A stretch of 64,000 nucleotides of DNA from Salisapilia sapeloensis CBS 127946 (Eukaryota > Protista > Oomycota): contig JAADVB010000010.1 of the NCBI GenBank assembly GCA_023334545.1, positions 89,948 through 153,947 of the forward strand, given 5' to 3'. A model generated the notes under the pieces. That model was not told the origin of the DNA and made no database searches. It worked only from the letters and a program-made list of their open reading frames with translations. The translations under genes were made by a program, and so were the position numbers. Positions 1 through 14,200 of the stretch are shown here, piece by piece (positions within the stretch are counted from its first letter, which is position 1; each line of letters begins with the position of its first letter).

Positions 1-288
1 GACGAAAGATAGGTGGGGCTGTCTTCCACATGAGCAACAAGTATTTCTTAAAACGTGAAAACTCATTGCCTCGGCTACGCGAACTATGCATGTAGATTTC
101 ACCTAGTGTTCGAAAAAGTCAAGCAGAGCGAAGTAGAGCGAGAAAGAGGTACAAGACATAGCACACCTGTCGAATAAGACTTTTTTTCCGAACCACCCTT
201 CTCACCGTAAACATGAGCGTGAGCAATCCGTCGGTCTGAATGCGGGATCGTCTCGAAAAAAAGACAGGCCTGATTGCGGCACTCCAGT

Positions 289-304
289 CCATTTCTACTT
301 TTGC
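289..304 (+). promoter_or_regulatory. Oomycete-type core promoter (Inr + FPR)
   Basis: CCATTTC-TA-CTTTTGC fits YCAYTYY-NN-MWTTTNC exactly, about 90 nt upstream of the ATG at 395. Confidence 0.55.
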
Positions 305-394
305 CTGCTCGTGCCAACAAGGTCTTTTCATCTAGTACCAAGTGGTGACAAGACAATTGCCTCTTCACCTTCTACATCAATACAAAAGACCGAC

Positions 395-1156
395 ATGACT
401 ACTTCGTCGCACACATTCCCGCACATGGAGTCTAATTTCGGACCTGCCTTCACGCATCCGACCACGGCCCATTCGCGCTTGAAGATACCGTCACCTCCGC
501 GTCTGGTATCCCAATCCGAGTCGACGTCGAGGTTGCCGCCAAAACTGCCATCTCTAGAAGGACTGCTTAAAAACATGCAGTCCGAAGGTCAGACGCACCC
601 TAGACCGTACCAAGAACCACACGCGAGCTTTCCATCACCCGACTCATCGTCTCCGATGCCGTCGCTCTTAGCGCTGTCGAATCATTCGTCACCCACAATG
701 TCTCTGCCATCCACGCCACTTGTCTGTCGGAATCCATACCAGAGCCCATGGAGCGCTGCGACACCGAATGAAGCTCAGACCAAGTACGAGAACCAGTTCG
801 ACCCATCCAGCCGGAAAAGATCCGAGCCGATGCATGTCTCGGCACCCGTTCGATCGACCAAGCAAAACCGCCCAGCCGGGAACAGAACTCGTGCGTCTAA
901 ATACTGCAAAGTAGATGGGTGCCAACGCGTGTCCCAGCGAAACAACCTGTGTCACAGCCACGGAGGCAAGCGGCTATGCAAAGAGGACGGCTGCAGCTCC
1001 AAGGATCGTGGCAATGGATACTGCATCAAGCACGGCGGCGGCAAGTTCTGCGCCTCAAGAGGTTGCATGAAAAAGGCTCGACGCAAAGGTCTATGCACAC
1101 AGTGCTTTCGCGTCACCGAGGCCGCCCAGGAAGACGCCCACGAGTGGGCATATTAA
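395..1156 (+). CDS. WRKY19-like zinc-finger repeat protein (putative transcription factor) with Ser/Pro-rich N-terminus
   Basis: Three tandem C-x4-C-x9-C-x2-H(GG) units: CKVDGCQRVSQRNNLCHSHGG, CKEDGCSSKDRGNGYCIKHGG, CASRGCMKKARRKGLCTQC (last unit ends in C). First ATG is at 395, in frame with the track ORF. Confidence 0.75.
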   Translation: MTTSSHTFPHMESNFGPAFTHPTTAHSRLKIPSPPRLVSQSESTSRLPPKLPSLEGLLKNMQSEGQTHPRPYQEPHASFPSPDSSSPMPSLLALSNHSSPTMSLPSTPLVCRNPYQSPWSAATPNEAQTKYENQFDPSSRKRSEPMHVSAPVRSTKQNRPAGNRTRASKYCKVDGCQRVSQRNNLCHSHGGKRLCKEDGCSSKDRGNGYCIKHGGGKFCASRGCMKKARRKGLCTQCFRVTEAAQEDAHEWAY

Positions 1157-1718
1157 AGCCGTCAAGGCGCTCCCTGTAACCTAGCACTAGGTGGCGATGG
1201 ACGTATGAGCTTACATAAAGTTTCGCCATCCAAATAACAAAGAAAACCATTTTTTATACACAATCTCTACTTTTATCAACTTCCGCATAAACAAAAGGAC
1301 ACATGGATTGTCGTCTCTTCCAGTGGTGCATGTGAAACGCCCATTAAAAGCTTGTCTCTATCCAGTGGTACGGACCTCTTCGTGGCCGAAAGAATGGCGT
1401 ACGTGAAACCGTCGGGGACTGGCCACTTCCAGACAGCCTCAACAAAAATATGAGGGAGGAAGATGGCACCTCCCCAGTCTTGAAGATAGTAATCCAGACT
1501 TCTTGACGTGAAAGTTGCACGAATGTTGCCAATACACCTTTACAGCAACATTTTCGTAGTAGACGATTAATGAGGCGAGCAATTCTCCGCCGTCCGGCAC
1601 CTCGTCAGCTTTTCGCACTGGTACGTCTACGCCTGTTCTTCTTGTCTGACGTTAGATCCGCGAAACGGTCAAGAAAGATCCCTTATACTTCCTTGTGCAA
1701 TCTTATTAGATTAAGAAC

Positions 1719-2154
1719 ATGAGCACTGGCGAGACTGCTGGCCCGACGGCCCTTCGGATCCAAGATAAGCTTACGTCGACCTTTCAGCCAAGTCATCTGG
1801 AAGTGCTGAACGAGAGCTACATGCACAATGTGCCGAAAGGAGCAGAGACACACTTTAAAGTACATCTACATGCGTAATCGTTATCAGACTTAAAGCTGAG
1901 AGGTAGCCTAGGTCGTCGTCGTCTCTGATCTCTTCGATGGCAAAAAAGTGCTAGAACGTCACCGCATGGTTAATGAAGCACTGCAGGAGGAACTAGATGC
2001 TGGTGTCCACGCATTGTCGATCAAGCCCAAGACACCGGCGCAGTGGTCGAAAAACTCCACAGTCGCGCCATCGCCGTCCTGCCGTGGCGGCATGAAGACA
2101 GATCCTACCAAACAAGAATTCCTAGCCAACCTCCAGGAACAGCATAAACAATAA
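1719..2154 (+). CDS. BOLA1: BolA-like protein (2 exons: 1719-1859, 1912-2154)
   Basis: Spliced product reads ...[21 protein letters not shown]|[24 protein letters not shown]...[12 protein letters not shown], typical of BolA. The 52-nt GT-AG intron joins the frames. Confidence 0.9.
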
Positions 2155-2179
2155 GACGAAAGACATCTTCCTATTCCTT

Positions 2180-3445
2180 TTAGCGTCGACGCAATCTATC
2201 TTGTAGCATTGTCAGCGCCACGGAGATGGCTCCGCCTAGCAGCACTGCTAGAATATCGTGCTTATTCCTCTCCACCCACTTCACTGCTCTCCGAAGTACT
2301 AGAGGTGTTCGATGAGCGCTAGCTGATCGTAAGTTCGCGAGACTCTCTAGAGATACTTCAATCCCACTGTCAGCCAGGTAGGCGTAATGCAGTCCAGCCA
2401 AGTGCTCCACGAGACTCTCTTCAATGTCTTGCACACCTTTCGGCCGTTCCACATTCGTCTCTCGCCCGTCCTGATGCACCAGCAACACTTGGTCAAACCT
2501 AGAGTGCAGCTCGTTGGCAACGACAACCTGCATTCCGTACTTGTTGATTGCGCTACGAGCCTTGGACTTCAAGATGTTCCAGTCGGTTTCTAGTTTAAAG
2601 GATGCGACAAAGGCCTTGGGCGCCCACTGTTGTCTTAAGACGCCAAGCAGCTTCGGTACTTGCATCAAGGAAAGATCTAGAGGTCCCTCTCGAGACTGGA
2701 TCTTGTGCTCGGCCTGAGATGCCGAGGGAACGTAAAAGTCACTAACTGCAGCAGCAAGTACGAAGAGAGCGTGCTCTCCGATCGGGTGCACTTGTTCAGC
2801 AACAAGTTTTAGCAGGAAGAAGTAGTCGTCAACGGACGTGAACGGAAGGGAGAGTAAGGAATGCGAATGGATAGCACTCTTGTACTCTGCCAAAGCAGTG
2901 GTGATCTTTGTCCGAGCACTCGCCTCTGGAATCTCCAACGTCACGTTCTGATGGTGAGTAATGTCTACTTCCAAGAAATTCAACAAGTCCAGATCGACGT
3001 GGCTGGAAGTTGATTTCTATCGTTGATAGCGTGAGTTTAGACCTGTAACATGCGGAATGTTGCTTAATACCTGTAAATGACGCGCAAAAGGAGCAATGGA
3101 TCCTGGTCGGTGGAGATAGACCACAGCATACCCCAATTGGAGCAAATGCCTGCATATAAGCATGACTGCATAAGTATTTTGCTATTAATCAACATCGATG
3201 TCATACTAAACTTACTCGACGCAGGCAGCACCTCTAGATCCGGTCGAAAAGTTGTCCAAGAATCGGACAGTATTCTTCTCCAGCGGAGCTGTCGTGCCTC
3301 CGGATGTCACAATGGCCACACATTTCCCCACCACTAGCTGGTGATCGATGAATTCATGAAGAGATTTCTTGTAAGAATCATGCCAGCTCGGAATCGGCGT
3401 TTCCTCAAAGTAGCGAGTTGTCGTGACAGCTGAATCGGCTTCCAT
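2180..3445 (-). CDS. PPCS: Phosphopantothenate--cysteine ligase (CoaB-like), multi-exon
   Basis: [72 protein letters not shown] motifs. C-terminal hydrophobic tail. Start taken at MEADS (3445). Confidence 0.92.
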
Positions 3446-3736
3446 CGACCCTCGATGGCCAAGAAGTTTTCGTTGTCGACTTTGGTTGTCAGAGCTGAGA
3501 CGAGTTGTTTGGAATAAACACCGTCCATGTATACCTTGTAAAAGTACCAAAGTGTCCGGGAACATAACTATCTTTCTAACAAAAGAGAAAATTCCTTTCT
3601 TTGAGTTCATGGCATCCTCGGGAAGTCGATGCTATGCATTGCCTCGCAGTAACTACTACTCGAGCATGATAAAATCAAGTTTCTTTCCCGGCTTTTAAAG
3701 TACAAACCATTTTTGTTTTTGCCATTTCGACGAAAG

Positions 3737-5119
3737 ATGAAGTTCGTGAGTTTGTACTACTTTCTAGCTAGCACCTTTTTGCTCGCATGCAACGGTGTCC
3801 AAGGTTCCTCGCATACTTCCGACTTGCTATGTGCCTTCAAAGAGAAGTATATTTCCGTTAGTCAAGCCAACTACTCTGGTCCGATCAATATTAGCCATCC
3901 GAATGCTCACACGATTTCCATTCAACTCAGTCGTCTCCACCTTGCGCCGGGCGAGTCGATCAGAGTCACAAACTCGCTCATAGACTATCCAAATCTCTAC
4001 AAACACTACGACAACGATGAAGACGGATTCTCTACGAGTACAATCCCCGGAGACTGGGTGCAGGTGGAATACAAGACAAATGCCACAAACAGTACGAGTA
4101 AAAGCGATGACTTTGGCTTTACCATCAGTGGCTACGTGCACGAAGACGTCCGTCTCGCCAAGGGACGAGATATATGTGGAAAGCGCGACATTCGACCGGC
4201 AAAATGCTTTGAGCAGGACGAGGTTCTCAAAAGTTTGCTTCCTGGTTCTTATCAAAGTGCCCGAGCCGTTGTCCGGATTTACATACCCCAGACACGTGAA
4301 AAGTGCACTGGATGGTTCATCGGAAGCACTTCATACATTATAACAGCCCAGCACTGCATTAAATATCCCGAAATGCTAAAAGGAATCACAATCGAGGTAG
4401 ATGGCGAGGCTGACGATTGTCACGGTGATTGCAAGCGCCCTCCGTTTTGCTATGGCAAATTTCTGCAGACGAATAACACCAATACGCACTTTGTCGTTAG
4501 TGATGCAGCCATAGACTATACTATTATCTACCTTGAAGACAATGCCCTCAATGGCCTTAACAATGAGGCCTATCTTCAATTTCGTGACCGTGGCCCATTG
4601 TTGAATGAAGCTGTGTACATTCCTCAGCACGCAGGTGGCAAAGCAAAAGCAATTGCAGCCTTCAGTGATGAGGATGAAAATATGAAGCCAATACCCGGTG
4701 TCATTCGAGCGACAGATCGAACTACATTGTGCGGTGGTCCGCATCAAGTCACCTACTTGCTTGACACTATGGCAGGGTCGTCCGGAGCTCCTGTCATCGG
4801 AAGTTTGGATAACAACGTCGTCGCTATACACATCTGTCATGGTTGCGACAACAGTGGCGTACGCCCAGATCTTATTCTTCGTCATTTGGAAAAGAATGAC
4901 ATTCGTATTCCGAATATTGTCGCTGATACTGGATCCAAGCTGGATAGATATTACGATCTAATAGGATCATTGACAGAGCTAACGTCCAATATGTCAGCTT
5001 ACCGGGTCGACCCGATGTCACCAACTGAACATTCAGGTACGCCAGCGCCGACTGCGTCTTTGAAAAGCTCTGTCAGCTCCACTAAGAACGAAGTTCTAGA
5101 TATGCCGACAAAATATTGA
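3737..5119 (+). CDS. Secreted trypsin-like serine protease with N-terminal CUB-like region
   Basis: Signal peptide MKFVSLYYFLASTFLLACNG. Catalytic triad motifs TAQHC, DYTII and GSSGAPV. Ser/Thr-rich C-tail. Confidence 0.85.
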   Translation: MKFVSLYYFLASTFLLACNGVQGSSHTSDLLCAFKEKYISVSQANYSGPINISHPNAHTISIQLSRLHLAPGESIRVTNSLIDYPNLYKHYDNDEDGFSTSTIPGDWVQVEYKTNATNSTSKSDDFGFTISGYVHEDVRLAKGRDICGKRDIRPAKCFEQDEVLKSLLPGSYQSARAVVRIYIPQTREKCTGWFIGSTSYIITAQHCIKYPEMLKGITIEVDGEADDCHGDCKRPPFCYGKFLQTNNTNTHFVVSDAAIDYTIIYLEDNALNGLNNEAYLQFRDRGPLLNEAVYIPQHAGGKAKAIAAFSDEDENMKPIPGVIRATDRTTLCGGPHQVTYLLDTMAGSSGAPVIGSLDNNVVAIHICHGCDNSGVRPDLILRHLEKNDIRIPNIVADTGSKLDRYYDLIGSLTELTSNMSAYRVDPMSPTEHSGTPAPTASLKSSVSSTKNEVLDMPTKY

Positions 5120-5247
5120 TTTTAAGTTGATACGTGGACCGTCAACCAGTAATATCTCCAATGGTTTGTAACTGCATTCATCTTGGGATTCCTCTAGCGT
5201 ACAAGTGACTTAAGTGCAATGGAACACTTCTTTTCAAATACGTCAAA

Positions 5248-8200
5248 TTAAAATCTTAATTGGTCACTTGGATCGATGCCAGACCAGCCAGTCATCTCGG
5301 TTTCGCCTAGTCTAAAGTCACCGTCCATCTCGACGCAGTTGTGGATTGCATACTGTAGCCTTTGCCGACAGATTTCATCCGTGGTATAACTTGGTAGCTG
5401 TAGTGCAAAGAAGCACGTGTGTGACTTTGGTAGCTGAATGTCCATGTCCACTTTCTTCGCTTTTGTTTCTTCGGTCTTCTCTCTTGCTGTCTCTGACCCA
5501 GTGCTCACGGACAGCAACTGTATTTTGAACTTTTGATGGAACTGTGAGCTGTTCGTCGGTAGCCGAGCTCTTGCCCAGACGAAGCGGAGGAATGCTCGCT
5601 TATCACTGTTATCCATGTCCATCAAAACACGCCAGAAACGTTGTACTACTACATGTTCAGCACTAAGGTCTTCATCGTACTCCGTATTCTCCTTCAGCAA
5701 GTTGATATCAATTTCATCTGACCCGCAAACGCGAGCTTCCAGCTCTGTCCAAGTGTAAAGATGAAGTGCTGTGACAGGTAGAATTGAATGAATGCCTTGC
5801 TTGATGATATTGATGACCTTGGCCATCTCGCCTTGCCGTGCTCGCAACACTGCACTCAGGTAGTCTTTGAGATTTGCTGTTGTAACCTGAAGGTCCTCGC
5901 CTTGGTAGCAAAGCACTTTTTCACTTCCATCCGATAAACAGGTTGTAAAGAATAGATCCATGCACATCACTTCTTCATCTAACTCGTGCTTTCTCCGAGT
6001 GCTTTGATCTGAGTCATCTGCTTCCAACTCGTCATATTCGATTGAAATGCGCTTTAGAGCTGTCCATAAAGTGTACGCAGACTGATCTGTTTCTTGCATG
6101 TCTCGAAGCACAGCTTCATCGTCTTGTTCGGCACTGCTCACGCCAACGAGCTGCCGCCACACTGCTCCTGCTAAATCCAGTCGGATGCATATACCCGTAC
6201 GTAGCCCGATCGCCAGCATCTGCCCTATGAAATGGAACATTTCTCCATATAACTGCTGAGTTTCACTCATGCGTTCGTTCCTTTCATCGCTTACTAGGCC
6301 AGCATTCAAGACAAATTTCTCTCGGTTATCTCCGACGCTATTTCTCCAATTGGGGCAGGGTAAGAAGAACGGAAGTAGGCACTTTTTCACAGACGTGTCG
6401 ATCTTATCCTTCTTGCTGGTAGCGGTGTCAATGCTAGTGAGATCTAACTCTTGCAGCTCTGCAAAAAACTGAGAAAAGAACTCGCGGTAAGGTCCACCGT
6501 AGTCATCCACTCCTTCACCTTCGAACTTTACTTTGAAACTCCTCCATTGTCCGTCATCCATTGGGTGAGAATAGAGCATACGAAGGCTACGGATGGGTAA
6601 AAAGTGAAGCTGCTCGAACGTTTGGCCGACGAGAGACATCATCAAGCTTTCCATGGTTCCAGGGTGGCATTTTGCAGTAGCAGCTTTCGGTCGATTTAGA
6701 AGAATTTGAGGCAAATCCTCTGGATAATCGTAATCGTCATCTCCATGTCGTGTCGCATGGGCGGTTTTCGTACTCAATTCGTTGAATGCATCGTGCTTGA
6801 TGGTTGTGAATAAGAGCTCACGACAATTTGCCAGAAGCTGACTTGGAAGGAAGCTTGTCTTTGGATTGAAGTAATTCCATGTCAAATCAAAGTACGCTAC
6901 GACGTGACTGAAGCACCAGTTAAGGTATCGAAGTAGACCAAAGCGAGACAAGAGAGCTATATCTTTTTCTGTCCATGAAGCATTTAATTTGCTGTTGTCT
7001 TCGACTTGTCGATTGGCGTTGATATCTAAAAGACTCAAGACTTCACTTGCTGATAAGTTCCACGGAACGACTCCTTTCTTATCGCAATGCTCGTTTACAG
7101 CGTGCATCAGGCTTTCATCCTTTCCTAAGCGTCCTTGGTGCTCATTTATCGCGGTGTTGAACACTTCTAACGTGATCACGCTGGACGAATCAAAGACATT
7201 ATCTACTGCGACGTGTGAATTAGCACATGCGCTCTTCTCATTTGCCTCCGTGTCATTAACTGCTTTCCTTTCTGTAATATTAGTCGCTACGATTCCGGCC
7301 TGCTCAATACTGTCTGTAGACTTTGCAGCTTTTTCATCTAAAGCTTCTGAGTTTGACGATATGGACTGCAGCTTGGATGGATGGAAGAACCACGCTCCGT
7401 CCTCTCCGTCAATATCCACCCAAAGCCGATCGTTGGCAACCCCAGCCACTCTGCCATCGCCTCGTAGTGTTTTCACTCTTTCGCCGACCTGAAATCCAAA
7501 TACCTGGCAGCAAGTTTCACCGACATCCACCCACAATCCATCGCCGGACCGCGTCTTTACATATCGCTTATTTCCAAACAACCATTGCTGTGTAAATTCA
7601 AATGCAGCCTTCACAATATTCGCATTCATTACATTTGCATTCCACCGCGATTCCATCATCTCACATATGACTACACAATGCTCAATGTTATTCTCCTTTC
7701 CAACCTTCATTCGATCATCAGGATTAACATTCTCCTCATCGGTTGCATCAATAACAAAACTCACTCGTTGGTTACGAGAATACAGAGCTACTGCTGGACA
7801 TACCTCTCCAACTATGTTTTCAAATGCCGTTCCGAATATAACTCCATTCTTAGCAAACGACAATGTGCCTTTTTCACAGTCTAAATGAACGCCAATAACG
7901 TCTCCTTCCCCAAAGTGTTCACCATATGACCGTACGCGACTACGTTGATAGTACAAGGCTTGATCTCCGATATAACCCCACGAGAACGTATCGGATCCCA
8001 AGAATGAGTCCACGTTAACTCGTTTGGAATCAGCAACACCGATGAACAGATATGCACAACTACTTCTCTCAATTCGTACTTCCCATGTGTGACTTCCGGA
8101 TGAAAACTTTTGAGCTGCACAGACTGTCTTCCAGAGCTCACTACCGGTATAAGAGACTGTGGATCCGTTGTCGGAGATGGTGAGCAGTGGACTACGAGCT

Positions 8201-11200
8201 TTTTTTCGATCAAATTGAAGGTGTCTCTCAGATAATGGACTTGCCTCGAGTGGTGGTAGAAATTGAATGCTTTGATCATACGCATCAGTAAGACAAGGGA
8301 AGTTTGATTCAGCGTCGCTTTTCCGGATGACGTAGAGTAATTCGATGTATGCTTGCAAGTACAAAGAGAAAATCGACCTGTCCTGAACGAGTTCTCGGTC
8401 GTGTCGAGCATTTGCCGCCTGAAGAACTTCTGCATACGACAGATTGCTCTCTCGAATCCAGCTTTCTACGAAGCTGCTCTCAACCTTACCACAAATGCGC
8501 AACAATTGGCTAAGCGTGTGAATCGTGATGCACTTTAGAGAAACATTTGAAGTCGATAACAATTTCTCCAGCCTCGTCAACCATTTCCGACATTGACTCG
8601 TATCCCAAACTTTCTGATCGTGACAAGCTTCGAGGAAAATGTCAAGCATCCAGACACTGAGTTCAACGGAAGGCTGCTGCATGGCATCGACATCACATAG
8701 ATCCAGCCCTCGCTGTGTCCATACATACGCTTCGTACTCCGTCCCATTCAGCGCCATCTCCAGTTCATTCAAACACATATCCATTCCGCACTCTAGTGCA
8801 GACTTTCCATCATCTTTAATGATACGCTGAAGGACACCAGACAATATGTCATAAGCGCTACTTCTAGTCGAGCAACTAGTCTCTTTATCGATCGCTGAAT
8901 GAACATGGCTTGAGAACTGGTCACCTCGAAACAGTACCGCTTTGCACAGTTGAAACAACTGTACAAAATCTTCTTTCGTATGCCCGCCTTGATCTGAGTA
9001 CAAGGAAAATGAATGCACCAAGGTCTTACGTGCATATAATATGACTGCCATCTTTTCAAATGTCAAAAGTTGTGCAACAAGCGTTTGCATGGACATTTGC
9101 TTCACTTCTTCGTCAAACTCCCGAAGCACTGCATGAAGAGGTAAGCTCGACTGGTCTTTCTTTTGATTTTCAAAGCGTTCTGGAGACCGAGGCTTGACCG
9201 GGCTCGTGTTGCCTGTAATCTTACGTTTCGAGCCTAATTGCGCCTCAGCCACTGTTGATCTCCACTTCGTAAAGAAGGTTGTTAAATCATTCGATCTATA
9301 TCCGCCTTCCTCAAATGGGAAGTACATTTCGCCAAACGTTCTTCTTCCTGTCTCTATGTCGTGAAGTATGCCTACAGTCTGTTTGCTTTCAATCGTCGGT
9401 ATACACTGTTCTGGATACGGTGTCAGTACTTGCATCGTTTTCTCATCCTTAGACTCATCCGTATCATCGTCATCATCATTAAACATGGTGGATGCGTCCA
9501 TTTCGTCTTGACCTCGCTTTTCCAGGGAAAACTGCATTCGAGTGAGATAGTCTAGATTATCTACAATCCATGCAGATGCACTCACAATATCATTTCCTGT
9601 CTGCTTTAAAGCAAGCGTACACCATTCCTCCGGAAATCCCATCATCATAAGCTCCTCTATAAATTCTGCCTGAGTCTCTTCGTCATCCATATCATCTTCG
9701 CTATCATCGGAATTGGACAAGTCATCGTCCTCACCAACGTCATCTGCGTTAGCACTTCCATTTGAATTTCCGTCACTCTCGTTCTTAGGAAGCTCCATAT
9801 CGTAGCTGGATGTATCGATTTGAAGATTTAAAGAAAATGAATGTCGATTGCCAACCTGTTCTACCTTGAAAATTCCTGACGGGTGTAACTTTACGCTAGG
9901 TTCTTCTGTTTTGTTTAATAGACACTTGGCCAACTCGAACGACCCTTCTTCTTGTAAATCGTCTGAAATGGAAAGCAATTGAAGGTGAAGTAGACTCAGT
10001 TTGTGTTCCAATTCCGTCAATGTACAAAACTGATGCACTTGCCCTGTTTCCAATGCAAGTTTCCACACGATGTTCCTGTAGCTTTTCAGCTCGTCTGCAT
10101 TGGGGGCTGTCTTCGAATTGGAAACGGAATGAGCCAACGCTTTCATCCATAAACGTCTTGCCTGGAGATGTGAAATAAACTTGAATGGATCATCTCCACT
10201 TTGATACTCGATGACCTCTTCTACTAAGAAATTTAGACACGACAAACCATCAGTGGCACACTTGGACGGCTGAGTCGCTTTTATCGGCACAGGGTCAAGG
10301 AGTGGATGGATGGGTTCAAGATCATCAATATTGACCCATCTACACCGAGATGCAATGGAGTCTTTGTTGTTACTACCTGACCTATGCATTTGCTGTTCGA
10401 GCGTCCTTAGTTGCTGATCAACGTTCTCACACCATCCGTTTAATTCCAAATTACTGATGTTGCATTCTTCGTGAAGTACTATCGCTCCGATTGTACAGTC
10501 TCTAGATTGGAACCACTTTGGAAGAGGGGAGGGAGGCATGGGTGTGTCTTGGTTAGTATTCTGCACAGCTATCAACGTTGCATACTTGTCAGTGCCTGCA
10601 AGATAAACCGTCGATCCAGGTCGTAAGGTCTCCAATACAGTGTTCGCCACTGAGAGAGCTGCAACTACTTCAGCTCGTTCAACTTGACTCCTTTCAATAG
10701 TTATACCGTTGATACGATAAAAGAGTCGCTCTTGTACATTGCTTCTGTCCGAAAGCGTGTTCTGTAGGACTTGCTTAATGGCTTCACTCCATTTCGATGA
10801 AGATTTATATAGCTGCTGTAGTAAAAGTATAAGTTCCTTCGCTACCAGACTCTTCAAAGCTATCGAGCTCGAATTAGCTCGACTTGTCCATGGTAAGCTT
10901 TCATCTTTCATGTCCTCTTGATCATTATAACTTTTGAGGTAGGAGCTTAGGAAATCGAGACTAGTGCTAGATTTCTCGTCATTAGCATCGACTGCTGTTG
11001 GGTTTAATTCACCACTTAACGAAAACCCAATTATCTGTAGGATGCTTTGAATACAAATGGAGTCTTTACTATAAAAGCAGGCGGGGACATTTGCATAAAA
11101 GCTTTGTCGCATGGCTTTCGATGCATCTCCTGGTGTCTGTAAGGTCAAGAGGGACTGTAGGGCTTTTAGTATGGTCTGTCGTACTGGAAGGGAGTTCACA

Positions 11201-14200
11201 TGCGCAAACAGTTTCCAGAGCATCGTCGTCCACTTTGACCCTGCGTTTGAAAAGTAGGCGATTCCTTCTGAAGACGGTGCCAGTACGCTCAAAATGCATG
11301 ACAAATCATACGCAACTTGGTACTGCCCTTTGCTCTTAACTATATCCTCAAGGTAGCTATTGCTTTTTTTGCCAGCACCATCGAGTATAGGCTTATATTC
11401 ATCGTGAACAATTCGAACATGGATTGGCGATAGAGCCCGGTTATGAAAGCGAAAGTGATTCAGAAATCCTGTAAAGCTCTGAATATTGAACGAGTCATGA
11501 CTGTCTCTTGATGACTTTGCGTCGTCGTTTTCGGACTTTCGTAAATTTGCAGACGACAGTAGTCGACGAATTGCTCCAAAGACACTATTTTTCTCCGTCA
11601 ATTCGTCAGAGTCTTTCAAAACATCGGATGGGATCCTGCCGAAGTGAAACGGTAAATCGACATTTGCTGTCGACCATGATGTAAGCAACTCTGGTGACAG
11701 AGTGAGCTGACTGTCAGGAATACCATTCACGTATAAACGAAGTTTCATGCCTTCTACGACAATACCAATGTGTATCCACATGTGCCCCATCACAGGATTT
11801 TTCGAGACAAGTCGTTCCCATATCGTGCCAGTGGTACTGATGTTTTCGGTATTTAAAGCTGACGATGGAGACCGAACTAAACCCAATTCCAAATACCACT
11901 CGGCTCCACCTTCAGGACGTAATAACAGATATGGAGATAGCTCTTGTGCATTTCCTCGAAAGAAGACGAGTCTATAATCTTCTGAAGAGTCGAAGAAATT
12001 GGTCATATTAGAAGGTGCTGGACGCTCATCGATGTAAAGCCACATTGTCATGCTAAACGTGTTCGGTTTGCATAGAGGAGCCATTGGTGGACAAGTATCT
12101 TTCTCTTCAGGACGAACTTTAGGTGCTAGTAGTTCATTGTAAGGGACTATAAATCCTTTGCGTAACTGATGAAATTTGCAAGGACGCCGAATAAGCTCAA
12201 AGCTTCTACGAAGGGTAGGTTGAGAAGGCAAGATGGGCGGAATAGCCTCAGGCATCGAAGGAGTTGAAGCTCGTTTTTGATCTTTTGAGCCACTTGATTC
12301 CTGCAAGGTGTCTAACATTTTCATGTAAAGTAGATCCATAACGGCATTTGGCATTGCGTATACAGGCCTCTGTAATTTCCTGGTAGATCCGTCCCGAATC
12401 TGTTTTTGATCTGTGAACTGCAGGTAGATATGCTGGAATAGTTCCCAGGCAGTGCATTCTAGTTTATTTATTGCAGTGTTTGCCGTTAATATATCGCTTG
12501 GCACGCTCTTTTCAGACTTGGACAGCGTCTCTAGCCAGGTCTTTATGCCTTTTAATGCTTCAAGCAAGTCTGCTAATAATTCGAGTATTCCAGAGTCTGC
12601 AACAAGTACAAAAGTCTCTTCTGTAAGACGAATACTCCAGCATTGAAGCATTCGAACTAGTAATACACAAGCATGTGGGATGGAAGCAGGTGTCTCTGCT
12701 TCCCGAAGAGTCTTCATTTCTGACCGTATGCACTCTACTACGTAACAGAGTAGATCGAAGAGTGCATTTCTATGTAACTCCGCAAAGAATAAGCTCCCAT
12801 CCTCCACGTAGAGGGCATCCACACTCGGGATGTAAACGGAGAATAGGTATGTCACAACTTGCTCGTAAATGTCTAGCCGCACCGATTTATGTCGTGGTAA
12901 TCGCATCAACTCAATCAAATGTTGTATTCCTTGAACTGAACAGCTCCTTCGACGCAAAGGATCCACGAGAACAGAGTTTAGAAAAGAAGGACTACTTGCG
13001 TCGGCATCACTGACAGCAAAGGCTAAGATAGCATTGTCTACGTTAACAGTGGATACAGGATAGCGTATGAACGATTTCCAACGCGTCAGTACGTGTACCA
13101 AGGTACGCACTATTTTCCAACGAGAATTTGGATATGCGAATAGGAATGGTAACTCATTATCCGTGTACGTTGCGCACATATGATACTTGACGCTTCCTTC
13201 CTGACTCGTAGCGTAGCCATTGCCAGTACAGCTTATATACCCTGAATCAAAAGGTGCGACATACCCACCATCTAGTTCATTACAGCGATGCTCATCAGCG
13301 TCGCGATTCTCAAGTAAGCTGAGAAGTATACAACGTTTCATAACTTGTTCCTTCATCTTGAAGACCTGGTCATTAACTAAACTAGACAATTGGCTAAAGT
13401 CTCCGTTGTTCTTGATCTCAGTAGCCTGAGACGCAACAGTGCGACGAAGCGATGCCACTGTCTTCCACAAATGCAAAAAAGCTTTTGGACATTGACCGGG
13501 AATCGGTAGTCCAGCATCACTTCGCCCCAAGACAAAGTGCATGCACTGAGCAACGAGGTCAGTGTGTACTACGAGAGCAGCAAACATCGCGTTCTCCAAT
13601 TTGCAGTCCACACTAATGCAATCCACTGAAGAGTTCAAAGTCGTTCGAGCGAGCATTCGATAGCTTAAATTTGTCCGACTGTATTCGCGTCGAACCCAGT
13701 CGCAAACTCGGGCAGCAGCCGCACAGCAATGTGGTCCAGCCAATTCACTACCTTTCCTATGTTCTCCACTCAGGCACAGTAAGAACTGCGTAGTGGAACT
13801 ATGATTGAACACGTCTGCATAAGTGTCCACATTGACGAATGGAAAGTTCGAAGCCCCATGTTTCCATACGTGTGTACCTGTCGTAATGAACCGCGGAGGC
13901 GGAACGACTAATTTCATCGACTGAACATGCGCTTCCCAAGATGTAGACGTACATTCGTAAAGGTCTTGAAAAGTAGCGTGAACAACTTCCTGCGAAAAAT
14001 TACATCCTGGAAGACTGTTTCGTAAAAATTCGGATTGTATACCTCCTCTTAGGAGCTGCTTCGAATTCGCTAACACGCTTCCATAAATGCTATCTGCGTT
14101 CGCATCTTTGGCATGAAGCGGATCGCCTTGCATTATTGTGATGGCACAATTTGCAGCAATGGAGGCAGTAAGTCGTTCCAATTGCACATTCCAAGGTAGA

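Noticed and set aside
1276-1539. 87-codon open minus-strand frame containing QDWGGAI, resembling a haloalkane dehalogenase nucleophile elbow
   Set aside because: No usable start or splice model, and no other alpha/beta-hydrolase motifs nearby; likely chance
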